64,000 nucleotides of DNA from Phycisphaerae bacterium (GTDB taxonomy: Bacteria; Planctomycetota; Phycisphaerae; UBA1845; Fen-1342): contig CAXXWX010000026.1 of NCBI GenBank assembly GCA_963675745.2, positions 1 to 64,000 on the forward strand, in the 5' to 3' direction. Position numbers and translations under genes: made by a program. The first letter of the stretch is position 1, and every line of letters starts with the position of its first letter. Below are positions 22,078 through 32,820 of this stretch, one piece after another. Under the pieces are notes generated by a model that was given only the letters and a program-made list of their open reading frames with translations, made no database searches and was not told the origin of the DNA.

Positions 22078-22491
22078 TTAACGGTAGCCGCCAATGACGA
22101 CCTCGATTTCACCGGTGTCGAGCATATGGCGTTCGACCGTGCGGCCGAGGGCGCGCTGCTGCCGGGCAACGGCGTGGTAGGCGTACTCCTGCTTGAGGTG
22201 GTTCTGCACTTCGGGATTGAACCGGTGCCGGCCGTCATACTCGCTAATCCAGGCGCGGTACGTGCCGTCCGGGAGCCGCTCCCAACCGATATCGTTAGCG
22301 GCCTGGCCGACGTGCTGCCGGCGGATGACGATGTGGGCCCGCTGTGGGCGCTCGTCGCCTTGGTAGCCGTACAGCGGGACGGCTTCCTCGTGCGTCTCGA
22401 TATGGCTGCGGTCGAAACCGACCGCGATGAGGGCTTCGATCAGGGCCTCGCGGTCCTTGAAGCCAGGAGTGCATTCAACGTAGTGGGACAT
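22078..22491 (-). CDS. DUF1257-like (Ycf35-like) protein
   Basis: MSHYVEC...KDREALIEAL...LYGYQGD.R...AHIVIRR...DIGW pattern. Confidence 0.75.
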   Translation of the reverse strand: MSHYVECTPGFKDREALIEALIAVGFDRSHIETHEEAVPLYGYQGDERPQRAHIVIRRQHVGQAANDIGWERLPDGTYRAWISEYDGRHRFNPEVQNHLKQEYAYHAVARQQRALGRTVERHMLDTGEIEVVIGGYR

Positions 22492-22579
22492 TGCGTGGTC
22501 TCCAATTGTTCCGGGGATAATGGAAGTACCGGGCGCAGGCGGGGCAGCATGACCCCGCCCGTGCCAACTGTGATGATGA

Positions 22580-23557
22580 TCAATCCAACACCACCCGCCG
22601 CTTCAGCCGGCCGGTGAGCGATGAGACACTGTTCGGATCCAGCAGCTCCTGCTTGAGCACGGTGCAGGCCTCGCTCAGCTTCGCCGCCAAGGCCGGCTGC
22701 TCCTTCAGCGTTTCGCCTGTCACGCCGAAGATCTGGTTCTTCAGCTCGTTGAGCTGGGCGGCCGTGTTGGCGTCGTTGAAGATGTTCATGGCGTGGAAGT
22801 GCTCGATTTTGCGGCGGATGGCCTGCAGCGTCTTGCCGTGGACCTTGCCGCCGGCGTCGATCACCTGATCGCAGAATTCTGCCACTTCGTTACGGAACGC
22901 CATGACGTAGTCGCTGGCAAACTGCTGGCACTCGGCGCGCAGGTTCTGCTTCATCTGCGCGAGCTGCTCGTCACGCAGTTGCTGATTGGCCAGTTCGGCC
23001 TGGATGTCGTCCACGGCCATGGCACTGGCGGCACCGGCGACCTTGAACGTGTGCCAGCCGAAGCTGAACTTCTTCCGCAGCTCCGCGGCCGCGGGATACG
23101 CAGCATCCGGCACATCTGAGTGCTCGAACTGCCAGTCGGCCCGCAACTGCGGGTACTGCAGCAGGAAGCCCTCGACCGCCTGTTCGAACTCGGCCTTGAG
23201 CCCCTCGAGCTTGTCGATCAGTTCCGGCGCGTGCTCCCACGGCACGAAGTGAGCGTTGGCCGCGGGGAACGGCTTCGAGTACTTCGCGAGCTGGTGGCGG
23301 GCCTGCTTCTCGACCTGCTGAAAGACCTTGCGGCCCTTGTGCGGATCGATCAGCTCCTTCGAGCCGAACGAGGCGATCGCCTTGCTTTCGACCTCGTGCG
23401 GCGACAAGTGGAAATCCTGCGGCTCGTTGCCGATCCGGCAGGACCAGTACGACGCCCGGATGACGAACAGGCATCCAAGCTGGAACAGGTTGATGGGTTT
23501 CTCGCCGTTCTTGGCGGCGATGTTTGCCTGCGGTGCAGGCGCAGTGAGAGTAGTCAT
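22580..23557 (-). CDS. DUF3150-like protein
   Basis: LFVIRASYWS...GSKELIDP...HFVP...FLLQYP...YP..AELRKKFSF, helical C-terminus; module context. Confidence 0.6.
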   Translation of the reverse strand: MTTLTAPAPQANIAAKNGEKPINLFQLGCLFVIRASYWSCRIGNEPQDFHLSPHEVESKAIASFGSKELIDPHKGRKVFQQVEKQARHQLAKYSKPFPAANAHFVPWEHAPELIDKLEGLKAEFEQAVEGFLLQYPQLRADWQFEHSDVPDAAYPAAAELRKKFSFGWHTFKVAGAASAMAVDDIQAELANQQLRDEQLAQMKQNLRAECQQFASDYVMAFRNEVAEFCDQVIDAGGKVHGKTLQAIRRKIEHFHAMNIFNDANTAAQLNELKNQIFGVTGETLKEQPALAAKLSEACTVLKQELLDPNSVSSLTGRLKRRVVLD

Positions 23558-23618
23558 GGATGGTCTCCAATCAGTTGGGGTTACAGGTTGTTGAGACTGA
23601 AAACGACCGGGAGTGTGA

Positions 23619-25187
23619 TCAGACGGTCACACGTCGCCTGAGCGCGTTGCCGTTGAGCGGCTGCGTGGGGCTGTGGCCATTCCCGGCCGGCTTGGTGTGG
23701 CTGTCGAGCCACTTGGTGACTTCGGTGACCGATTCGGGATCGGTTTTCGACAGCGGCCGGATTTCGGGGATGGCGACGAGGAGGTGATCGTTGGCGAGTT
23801 CGGCGTCGGCGTGGAATGCCAGCTTCAGACCGAGCTGGACAACCTCCTTGATGTCAGCGCCGGTGTAGCCTTCGGTCTTGCGGGTCAGAGCGTCCAGGTC
23901 GAACTGCTCCGGCTCGCGCTTGCGCAGCCGCAGGTGGATTCCGAAGATCTCTTGGCGCTCGGTGTGCGTGGGCAGGTAGACGCCGTACAGCTCGTCGAAG
24001 CGGCCCTTGCGGGTGAACTCGACCGGCAGGGCCTTGATGTTGTTGGCCGTCGCGACGACGTACACCGGGCACGAGCGGTCGGAGAGCCACTTCAGGAAGA
24101 TGCCGAACGACCGCTGGGCGGAGCCGCCGTCCTGCTCGCCACCGACGCCGCCGAAGCCCTTCTCGATCTCGTCGAGTTGCAGAACGCACGAGCCGAGGCC
24201 TTCGAGCAGGCGGATCGCCTCGCGCATGTTGCGTTCAGACTCGCCGACCCACTTGGACATGAGCGAGCCGACGTCGAGTTGGATCAGCGGCAGCCCCAGG
24301 TAGCTGGCGATGCACAGGCTCATCTGCGTTTTGCCGCCGCCGGAGATGCCGACCAGCAGCAGGCCGCGGGGGAACTCTATGCCGAAGTCGCGGGCTTCGG
24401 GCAAAAAGCACGGCTTGTCGATCTCGACGTGGCGTTTGACGTTTTCCCAGCCGCCGATGAGGTCCAGGCCGCCGGCGGGCGGGTCGCGATAGTCGAGCAG
24501 CCCTGTACGACGGATCACCTCGGCCTTCTCGTTGAGGATCAGCCGAGCCGCTTGGCCGTTGAGCTTCTTGAACTTCCGCAGCGCCAGGGCCACGCGGTCT
24601 TCGACCTGCTGCTGCGTCATGCCGCGGCAGGCGGTCACCAGGGCCGGCATCGTCGCTTCGTCGATTGGGTGATCCTCGCCGACGTAGCGCACGGCCTTCT
24701 CAATCGCTGCGTCATTGGGCAGTTTGAACTCGATCGTGGTGACGTCGTGCTGCAGCGCCGGCGGGATGTCGAAGTCCACGCCGACGAAGATCACGGTCCG
24801 GCCGGTATGGGCCAGAACGTCCCGGATCTCGCTGAGCCAGGCGAGCACGATGTCGAAGTACGCGAAGGTCCGCGACTGCAGGTAGCAGCCGAAGTCCTTC
24901 AGAACGAACAGGGCTTCCTCAGGCAGTTCGAGGATCTGCTGTGGTGCCGTCTGCGGATTGGGCGGACCGAGTTCGGCGCCGGTCTCGGTCTTGGCCGGCA
25001 CGCCCTCGGCGTCCTGCCAGCCGGTCGCGGGTGACCAGACGAAGATCGGCCGACCGTCGGGTGGCAACGCCACGGCAACCTCCTTCAGCTCCTGCACGAA
25101 GCGGGTTTTCTCCGGCGTGTGCGCGTGCAGGTACGCATGTCCGGAGAGGATGTAATCAGTCAGTGACTGTCGAAAAGACTCGTTCAT
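23619..25187 (-). CDS. Ycf46-like AAA+ ATPase
   Basis: Degenerate N-terminal AAA; Walker A GISGGGKT, Walker B LQLDEIEKG, ATAN, RKGRFDE. Confidence 0.85.
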   Translation of the reverse strand: MNESFRQSLTDYILSGHAYLHAHTPEKTRFVQELKEVAVALPPDGRPIFVWSPATGWQDAEGVPAKTETGAELGPPNPQTAPQQILELPEEALFVLKDFGCYLQSRTFAYFDIVLAWLSEIRDVLAHTGRTVIFVGVDFDIPPALQHDVTTIEFKLPNDAAIEKAVRYVGEDHPIDEATMPALVTACRGMTQQQVEDRVALALRKFKKLNGQAARLILNEKAEVIRRTGLLDYRDPPAGGLDLIGGWENVKRHVEIDKPCFLPEARDFGIEFPRGLLLVGISGGGKTQMSLCIASYLGLPLIQLDVGSLMSKWVGESERNMREAIRLLEGLGSCVLQLDEIEKGFGGVGGEQDGGSAQRSFGIFLKWLSDRSCPVYVVATANNIKALPVEFTRKGRFDELYGVYLPTHTERQEIFGIHLRLRKREPEQFDLDALTRKTEGYTGADIKEVVQLGLKLAFHADAELANDHLLVAIPEIRPLSKTDPESVTEVTKWLDSHTKPAGNGHSPTQPLNGNALRRRVTV

Positions 25188-25202
25188 GGTTCACTCCTTG
25201 GT

Positions 25203-25448
25203 TTGAGGTACGATGGTCGTGTGAAAACGACGTTGAGGCGAAAGATAGGGCCGACGTTCACGCCCGCACTCGACGCGTGGCCGGATGCGGGCGTGTATCA
25301 GCTATGGATCGAGCTGCGTCGGCCCACGAAAGTAGGTGTCGGAGCCCTGGGCGTGATCCATTTCGCCAAAGGTATGCATGTTTACACCGGGCGCGCGGCT
25401 CGCGGTCTGCGCGCACGGGTGACGCTCAATCCGCTCTCGGCTGTATGA
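25203..25448 (+). pseudogene. Truncated DUF123/GIY-YIG (Uri) nuclease-like fragment
   Basis: GVYQLWI...VGALG...HVYTGRA..GLRARV, then the family pattern stops abruptly; about half the usual length. Confidence 0.6.
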
Positions 25449-25462
25449 GGAGTGAGTCGCCG

Positions 25463-27820
25463 CTACTGAAGAACATCGGGCAGGCCCACGCGATAGAGCG
25501 TGTCACCCCAGCGAACGATGGCACGTCGACCGTTCGGCGTAAGCCGGCCGCCGCCGGCGGAATCCGGCCTCCAGTCCGGGTGTTTCACGACATCGTCCAG
25601 CTTCACGGCAGGTGCGGTTGCCTGCCAGACACCCGCGGCGTCGCGTGAGAAGTCCTGAATCCATAGCCACCCATCAAGCCATGCCGACTTCGTACGCATC
25701 ATGGCGCGAATGCGGTTCGGTCCGATTCGTCGCGCATGGATGCTCCCAAGATCATTCTCACCCGGGCAATGAACAGGGAACGCGTCACCGTCACGCGGTG
25801 CGATCCAGAACAGCCTCGGTTCCGCTTCCGCCCAAGCGACGATGAAGTCATTCGCACCGCCTGAGACGGAGAGATGTCCGATGGAGTTCGGCGTGCTGCG
25901 GATCAGGCGTGCCGAGTTACAGGAATCCTCCACGTCCCAGACGATCACGCCATGTCGGCTCGATCCATCGCGGGCAACGCCAACATACGCAATGTAGTGA
26001 TCATCGTCCGAAACGCCGACATGTCCGTCAAAGAAGTGTGAGTCATATCCGATCATGGGGCTATCGGATAGCAGCTGAATCTCGGCGGTCGTGCTCCGAA
26101 TCCAAACGTACGCCCCAATCCACCAGTGCCCGGCTTCGCAAAGGGTGTGTTCGAAGGTGGTGTTGTCGACCGTCGTCCACCAGACTTCGTGGTGCGTACC
26201 GTTGCCGTATCCCCACTCGGGTCCACTACAATTTGACCGACCACCATGGATGAACGCCTGCGAGTGCTGGTACCAGTGACCGGGGTTTCCTGGGATTGCG
26301 AAGTACACCTGCCACCATCCAGGGGGCGGGAAGGAATGGAAGCCTGCCGTCGATTTGCGCTCGTTACACCCTTCCGGCCTCATGCCAGAGTCCCAGCCCC
26401 AGTTCATACCACTCGCGAAGACGAGATTGCGGAACCCGATGTCGCTGACCCCCCCGGTCTGCGGGTCGTTAACGCGGATGCCATCCTTGGCGCCGTACTG
26501 TTGCGTGATCTGCCCGGTGGACGTTTCGATGCAGTAGACGACATCTTGGCTGCTCGCATCCCCGGCGCCTCTGCAGCTGGCGTAGGCGCCGTCTGCGGAC
26601 ACTTGGGGCGCTCGCCCGAACAATGTCCAGCCGCTGGATGAATCGATGTCAAACAGGTGAATGTGCTCACGGGTTGCAGAATCATAGTGCCACAGTTCGT
26701 CCCCTTGGTTATAGGCCAGATCGGGATCGTCCATTCCGCCAGCGACGTCCCATTCGTCATTCGGTCCAAAGTCCTCGGCGATGAAGATCGCATCTGCCCC
26801 GCGCAGTACAAGGTCATATTCACCCAGCGCACCCTCGTTCTGGTGGCGGACCACAATGAAGTAGGTGCCGGCGACTCGTGACTCCCAGCGGATCAGCGCG
26901 TTCCGCCCGCTGCCGTCGTCGTCATTCGTCGCGATCACGGTCGTGCCATCGGAATCGAGGAGGGTCAAGCGCGTATCGGTGCGGCCCTGTGTCTCGATCG
27001 CGTACGTCCAATCTGCCGGTGAGGCAAACGAGAAGAAGTCAACGTCCCCGCCGCTCTCCATAGAGCCGGCCACGGTTTCGCCAACCGCGATTGTGGTGGC
27101 ACCGTTCACGCTGTTTGCGTGGTCATCCGTGGGGACAGGAACGGGCGCAGGATCGGGGTCAGGTTCCGGGTCGGGATTCGGCGTCGGGTGTGGAACGGGC
27201 GCAGGATCGGGGTCAGGTTCCGGGTCGGGATTCGGCGTCGGGTGTGGAACGGGCGTCGGGTCGGGGTCGGGCGTGGGATCATCCGTTGGGTCAGGCACGC
27301 TCTCCTTGCGCCGAACGGTCAGCTCGTAAGACCCAGTGGATGCGCACGACAGCTCGATGAAATACGTTCCCGGCTGCGGCGGTGAGAAATCCACGTCCGT
27401 CTCTCTCCCCGTAACGCTGCGCGCGAGCGTGTCCTGGCCCGTGACGTCCAGCACGCGCAGCCCCGTGGTATTTGAGCCCGAGAAGCCGATCCGGTACTGC
27501 GTGTCGGCGGCCGCGGCAAAGGCAAAGAAGTCAACGTCGCCGGCGACGCCGATCTCGCCGCGAACCGTCTCTCCATCTGACAGCATCTTCGCCGTGGACG
27601 GGTCGTTGCCGAAGTCGTCCAGGGTGGCTGGGGAGTCCAATCCCGTACCGACCAGATCGTTGTTGTCGGTTTCGTCCTCTCCGATTTCCGTATAGTCCCC
27701 GATCTGCGTAGGCATACTTATCTGGTCCATTGGACAACCGGCGATCCCCGCTAGATACAGCAACACCGTGCTGACAAGAAGTGCTGCTCGGGAATGTCCG
27801 GTGTCGCCTGTGCATGGCAT
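25463..27820 (-). CDS. Putative lipoprotein with two PPC-like domains, Pro/Asp linker and beta-propeller-like C-terminus
   Basis: Lipobox IAG-C; two DD(F/H)xN...GDVDFF...GTYFI...YEL domains; PDP-rich linker. Confidence 0.75.
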   Translation of the reverse strand: MPCTGDTGHSRAALLVSTVLLYLAGIAGCPMDQISMPTQIGDYTEIGEDETDNNDLVGTGLDSPATLDDFGNDPSTAKMLSDGETVRGEIGVAGDVDFFAFAAAADTQYRIGFSGSNTTGLRVLDVTGQDTLARSVTGRETDVDFSPPQPGTYFIELSCASTGSYELTVRRKESVPDPTDDPTPDPDPTPVPHPTPNPDPEPDPDPAPVPHPTPNPDPEPDPDPAPVPVPTDDHANSVNGATTIAVGETVAGSMESGGDVDFFSFASPADWTYAIETQGRTDTRLTLLDSDGTTVIATNDDDGSGRNALIRWESRVAGTYFIVVRHQNEGALGEYDLVLRGADAIFIAEDFGPNDEWDVAGGMDDPDLAYNQGDELWHYDSATREHIHLFDIDSSSGWTLFGRAPQVSADGAYASCRGAGDASSQDVVYCIETSTGQITQQYGAKDGIRVNDPQTGGVSDIGFRNLVFASGMNWGWDSGMRPEGCNERKSTAGFHSFPPPGWWQVYFAIPGNPGHWYQHSQAFIHGGRSNCSGPEWGYGNGTHHEVWWTTVDNTTFEHTLCEAGHWWIGAYVWIRSTTAEIQLLSDSPMIGYDSHFFDGHVGVSDDDHYIAYVGVARDGSSRHGVIVWDVEDSCNSARLIRSTPNSIGHLSVSGGANDFIVAWAEAEPRLFWIAPRDGDAFPVHCPGENDLGSIHARRIGPNRIRAMMRTKSAWLDGWLWIQDFSRDAAGVWQATAPAVKLDDVVKHPDWRPDSAGGGRLTPNGRRAIVRWGDTLYRVGLPDVLQ
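27138..27255. repeat. 54-bp tandem repeat (two copies plus a partial) in the Pro-rich linker
   Basis: Unit encodes PVPHPTPNPDPEPDPDPA on the minus strand. Confidence 0.85.
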
Positions 27821-28071
27821 GGCAAAGCCTCCTTTGTAGGTTCCACGCGTTGGCCCACCGTCGGGCCGATATGAGCAGTTCCCGGAGGTCGACGATTTCT
27901 CGACGAATTTGATGAGAATGCCTGTAAGTCCCGCAAACGCAGTTAGTTGCTCAGATGGAAGTCTCGGGCAGGTCTGTCAGCCGCCGGGGTGCGGGCGCTG
28001 CGATGTGGTTGAGTTCGGCGTGCTTGCGGTTGCTCGCCATGATGGCAGTGAGGTTCACAGTCGCCGAACGC

Positions 28072-31000
28072 TCATCCGTCTGACGGCTGTGTGGCGCTGG
28101 GCTGTGTGCGCGTCGGCTGCGTCGTGGCCTGCCACTCGGCGAGTTTCGCCTGCCACTCGGCCGCCTTTTCGCCGTAGCCCTGACTTGGCTCGGCCACGTG
28201 CCAGGCGTTGTACAATTCGATCAGTCCCTGCATGCATTCACCGACGTACCTCTGGTTCTTGCCAGGGACTTGAGTGAAGATCGCGTGAGCCTCGAGAAAG
28301 TCGGCCTCCGCCATGACGAATTGTTCAGCGTCAGGGCCGATGCCGGCCCTGGCGCTACCGAGCGTGCTGAGTAACAGCGCGAACGCGACCCTTCTACCGT
28401 TCGTGAGGACGCGGCGCGCCGCGGCCTTTTTCGGTGTGAGCAACTCGACCGCTTCGGCCAGCTTGCCCTGAGACCGAAGCAGGAGGCCCATGTCGGTGGT
28501 CGTGGTCAGCGTTTTGGGGTGGTCGTCGCCCAGTATCCGGCGGCGGCCATCCAGCGCTTCGCGGAGATAGGGCTCGGCCTCGACCAGTTTGCCCTGAGAC
28601 TTGAGCAGGATACCCATGTTGTTGATCGCGGTCAGGGTGCCGGGGTGGTCGTCCCCCAGCATCCGGCGGCAACCCTCCAGCGCCTCGCGGTAGTACGGCT
28701 CGGCCTCGGCCAGCTTGCCTTGAGATTGGAGCAGGCTGCCCATATTGTTGATCGAAGTCAGCGTGTGGAGGTGGTCGTCCCCCAGCATCCGGCGGCAACC
28801 CTCCAGCGCCTCGCGGTAGTACGGCTCGGCCTCTGCCTGCTTGCCCTGATACCGCAGCAGGACGCCCATGTCGCTGATCGCTGTCAGCGTGCCGGGGTGA
28901 TCGCCACCCAGCAATCGGCGTCTGCCCTCCAGCGCTTCTCGGTAGTACGGCTCTGCCTCGGTCAACTTGCCCTGGGCCCAGAGCAGCCCGCCCATGTTGC
29001 CGATCGCAGTCAGGGTATCGGGGTGGTCGTCACCCAGCACCCGACGAAAGCCGGCCAGCGCTTCTCGGTAATACGGCTCGGCCTCCGCCGATTTGCCCTG
29101 CGAATTGAGCAGAACGCCCATGTTGCCGATTGACTGCAGCGTGTCGGGGTGGTCGTCGCCCAGCAGCCGCCGGCGGGGTCTCCAGCGCTTCGCGGTAATA
29201 GGGCTCGGCCTCGGCCAGCTTGCCCTGAGATTCAAGCAGGACACCTATGTTGTTGATTGAAGTCAGAGTATCGGGGTGGTCGTCCCCCAGCACGCGGCGG
29301 CTGCCGGCCAGCGCTTCTCGGTAGTACGGCTCGGCCTCGGCTAGCTTGCCTTGAGACTGGAGCAGGCTGCCCATATTGTTGATCGACGTCAGAGTATCGG
29401 GGTGATCGCCACCCAGCAATCGGCGGCTGCCGGCCAGCGCTTCACGGAGGTGCGGCTCGGCCTCGGCCTGCTTGCCCTGAGACCGAAGCAGGAGGCCGAT
29501 GTTACTGATTGACCTCAGTGTGTCGGCGTGGTCGTCGCCCAGCAATCGGCGCCTCCCTACCAGCGCTTCTCGGTAGTACGGCTCGGCCTCGGCCAGTTTG
29601 CCCTGGGCCCAGAGCAGCCCGCCCATGTTGCCGATCGACGTCAGAGTGTCGGGGTGATCGTTGCCCAACATCTCGCGGTGAATGGCCAGCGCCTCGGCTT
29701 GAGGGGCGGTTGCGCTCTCTAGAATTCCCAGTTCGCGCAACGTACTTGCGGCCGCTTGCAGCATCTGGGCCTTCACCCGTGGCTGGTCGCCAAACTTCGT
29801 ATGGATCGCCCCGATCGCCCGCGAGAAGATGTCTTCCTCAAGCGCACCCAGCGCTAGGCCAGTGAAATCGGCGCCGGCGACGAGCCGCTCCAGCTCGGCA
29901 ACTCGTTCATCAACCTGGTCCGCTGGCAGTTTCGAGCGATCGGCAGCGGCACGGACCTTCTCCAACAACCCCGAACGCAGTCGCACGCCCATCGTCGGGA
30001 CATCGATGCCGCTGAGTTGCTCAGCCTGGAAATCCGCCACCTGCTGCAATTCGTCGGCCCGCTTCTGCGTCTCCGCCTGAGCCGCATGCACATCGTTGAG
30101 GCGCTGCTTCGCCAACGCCTCGGCCGCCCACGCTCGAAACATGCCGATGCTGGTGCCAATCACTCCGAACACCAGGACCACAAACGCAGCTACTACGCCT
30201 CCGACCAGACCCTTGTGCCGCACGGCGAATTTACGGAACTGGTAGGACGTACTGGGCGGCCGGGCCACGATCGGTTCGTGGTTGAGGTAGCGTCGGACGT
30301 CCGATCCGAGCGCGGAGGCGGATTGGTAGCGGCGCTCTCTGTCCTTCTCCACCGCCTTGCCGACAATTGTCTCCACATCGTCTCGCAACGTACGGTCTAC
30401 CGAGCTCAGCCGCGTTGGATCCTCCTCGCGGATGATCCGCACCACTTCCGGAATCAGCCGGTCCTTCAGCGCATATGGCAATTGGCCTGTCAGCAGTTCG
30501 AACAAGAGTACGCCCAGCGCGTACACGTCGCTGCGGGTATCCAAGTCGGTCGGTTCACCGGTCACCTGCTCGGGGCTCATGTACGGCAGCGTCCCGATTA
30601 GCTGCCCCATGTCCGTCTGCATCGTTGCCGTCTGAAGATCGGCATCGGTGGCACGTGCCACGCCAAAGTCGAGGACCTTCGGCTGACCGTCAGCAGTCAC
30701 CAGGATGTTCCCCGGCTTGAGATCGCGATGAATGATTCCCTTTTGGTGTGCGTGCTCCACTGCGTCACAGATCTTGCCGAACAGCTCAAGACGCTGACGC
30801 GTAGTCAGATCACGTTCCTGCACGTAGTCCGGCAGCGCCTGACCTGCAATGCGTTCCATCACGAAGTACGGCTGCTGCCCTTGGCTCGTGTCAGCCATAC
30901 ACGCATCGAAGATCTGTGCGATGCCCGGGTGTTGCAGCCTACCGAGCAATTCCACCTCATGCTCGAACCGCCGAATGGCACGTGGGCTGGATGCGTGAGG

Positions 31001-31345
31001 ATGGATCAGCTTTAGGGCTACTTCGCGGCGAGGTGTCTGTTGCTCGGCGAGGTAGACCACGCCCATGCCGCCTTCGCCGAGCTTTCGGAGCAGTCGATAT
31101 TGCCCGATCCACTGGCCACCGATCGCACGGTCCCTTGAATGAATCTGCTCAACACTGTCACCGCCGCTCGTTTGTAGGGCCTGCAACTCGTTTTCGAGCA
31201 AGAGATTTGCCTGCAGTTCCTCAAGCCGATTCCTGCACGCTTCGCAATGCTCCAAATGCGCTGCAACCACCGACCGCCAGGAAACGTCGAGCGAGTCGAC
31301 AACGTACTGCTCCAGTACACTGGTATCTGGACACGACTCAGGCAT
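28072..31345 (-). CDS. Membrane Ser/Thr kinase with N-terminal zinc-finger anti-sigma-like domain and C-terminal TPR array (frameshift at about 29175)
   Basis: HLEHCEAC; GEGGMG, HRDLKPGN, DFG, YMSPEQ; TM helix; about 10 TPRs; ORFs 29030..31345 and 28072..29244. Confidence 0.88.
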
Positions 31346-31356
31346 CCTAACCCTCG

Positions 31357-31980
31357 CTAGCTCAACTCCACTTCTTCAAGATCCGCGCGAACCTCGCGCA
31401 GTTTCTTCAGCACACGGTGCTTGGCGTCGTAGACCGCTTGTGCCTCGGTACCCAACTCGATCGCGACGTCGCTGGGCTTGCGGCTTTTGAGCGACGCCAT
31501 TTCGAACATCCGAAACGTCTCGGCACTGAACTCCGGCCGCACGCGTCGCAACGCCACTTCCAGCATGTGTCGGGTCCATTCTTCTTCCCAGATTCGCTCG
31601 ATCGCGTCAACAGAATCGTACTGTCCTTCAAAGAACCCTGTGCCACCTCCACTCTGCGCGGAGATATCGACCGTTCGGTGCCGATCACGTACTTTGCGAG
31701 CCTTGTTCTGGGCAACGCCGAACAGCCAGTTTGTAAGGCGACCCTTCGAGCGATCGAACGCGCCAGCGCGGTGTTTCTCCAAGAATGTCAAGAGCGTCTC
31801 CTGTGCGACGTCCTCGGCGTCGGCGGCCCGCAGGCCTATCCGCCGGGAAAAGGCGGCGATCGGCCGGAAGAAGCGTCTGTTGAGCACTCTCCACGCCGAA
31901 TCAGCTTCCTCCCGCGGAATGTTGGGTCCTCCCGCCAGCACGCTGAGGATGTGCGTCGTCGTTCGCCATTCATCGGGCAT
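31357..31980 (-). CDS. ECF sigma-70 factor (kinase-associated)
   Basis: DAEDVAQETL...KGRLTNWLFGVAQNK; WEEEW; VAIELG...VYDAKHRVLKKLR; lies directly upstream of the kinase. Confidence 0.9.
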   Translation of the reverse strand: MPDEWRTTTHILSVLAGGPNIPREEADSAWRVLNRRFFRPIAAFSRRIGLRAADAEDVAQETLLTFLEKHRAGAFDRSKGRLTNWLFGVAQNKARKVRDRHRTVDISAQSGGGTGFFEGQYDSVDAIERIWEEEWTRHMLEVALRRVRPEFSAETFRMFEMASLKSRKPSDVAIELGTEAQAVYDAKHRVLKKLREVRADLEEVELS

Positions 31981-32084
31981 AAGCAAGGTCTCCCTCGCGA
32001 TCGGGGTCGCCCAAGCATGCTAAAACCGTTATTCAGCCTCACGCGACAGCCTTTGTGTTCTGGCGTGAGTGGTTCTCGTTTCGG

Positions 32085-32640
32085 TACATGAGGTAATCTC
32101 CGACTTCGTTCATGAGTTCGTCGATGCTGGTGCAGCGGTGATTCCGGGTGACTTCGGCATGCAGATCCAGCAGACCCGCTCGATCGGATTAAACTCCGGT
32201 GCATACGGTGGCAGGAAGTGCAACTGAATCCGCGGAAACGCCGCCAACGCCAGCGTGGTCTGTCGGCTGCTGTGGATACTGTAGTTGTCCACGATCACAT
32301 GGATCCGCTTCGCATAGCGATACGTGCGCGACAGATGCTTCAATAGATCGATGAACAACCCGCCTGCGTTTGTGCGTCGCCGCCACCCAGCGCACCAACC
32401 TCGTCCGCGCGTCGAGCGCACCGGCCACGTACCGCTTCACGTTCTGGCCCGGCGTGACGACCGTCTTCTGTTGGCCGCACAACATCCAGTCGGCCCCGAT
32501 CTTCGGGTTCAAGTGGATGTCGACTTCGTCGGCATAGACGGCGACTTCGTTCTTCGGCAACTGCTCGATCAATTGCCGTATCTTGCGGATTCGGCGATTT
32601 CGCCGAGATTTCGACCAGGGTGTATGCGTCCACCGAAAGT
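32085..32640 (-). mobile_element. IS630-family transposase remnant (DDE part only, frameshifted)
   Basis: [37 protein letters not shown] portion absent. Confidence 0.8.
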
Positions 32641-32820
32641 TGCGCGCCGATCCGAACGCCCCTCGCAGTGCAAAGTGACGTCTTATCCATGCACAGCTTG
32701 GCTTGCACGGGGCATAGAAGCACATGTCTGCCCGGTTGCGCCCGAGACATCGTGTGATCACGTCTCTCGGCGCGCACATTCACTGCAATGAGGTGGCGTG
32801 GCACACGTGCATCCGCCAGT

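Noticed and set aside
23673..25034. Long antisense ORFs (453 aa here; also 56867..58411, 34276..35379, 9496..10617, 62378..63478)
   Set aside because: Shadow ORFs opposite well-supported genes in GC-rich DNA, with no recognisable motifs.
27881..27891. CCCGGAGGTCG as a fourth tRNA-fMet fragment
   Set aside because: Only 11 GC-rich bases and it lacks the anticodon core shared by the other three; could be chance.
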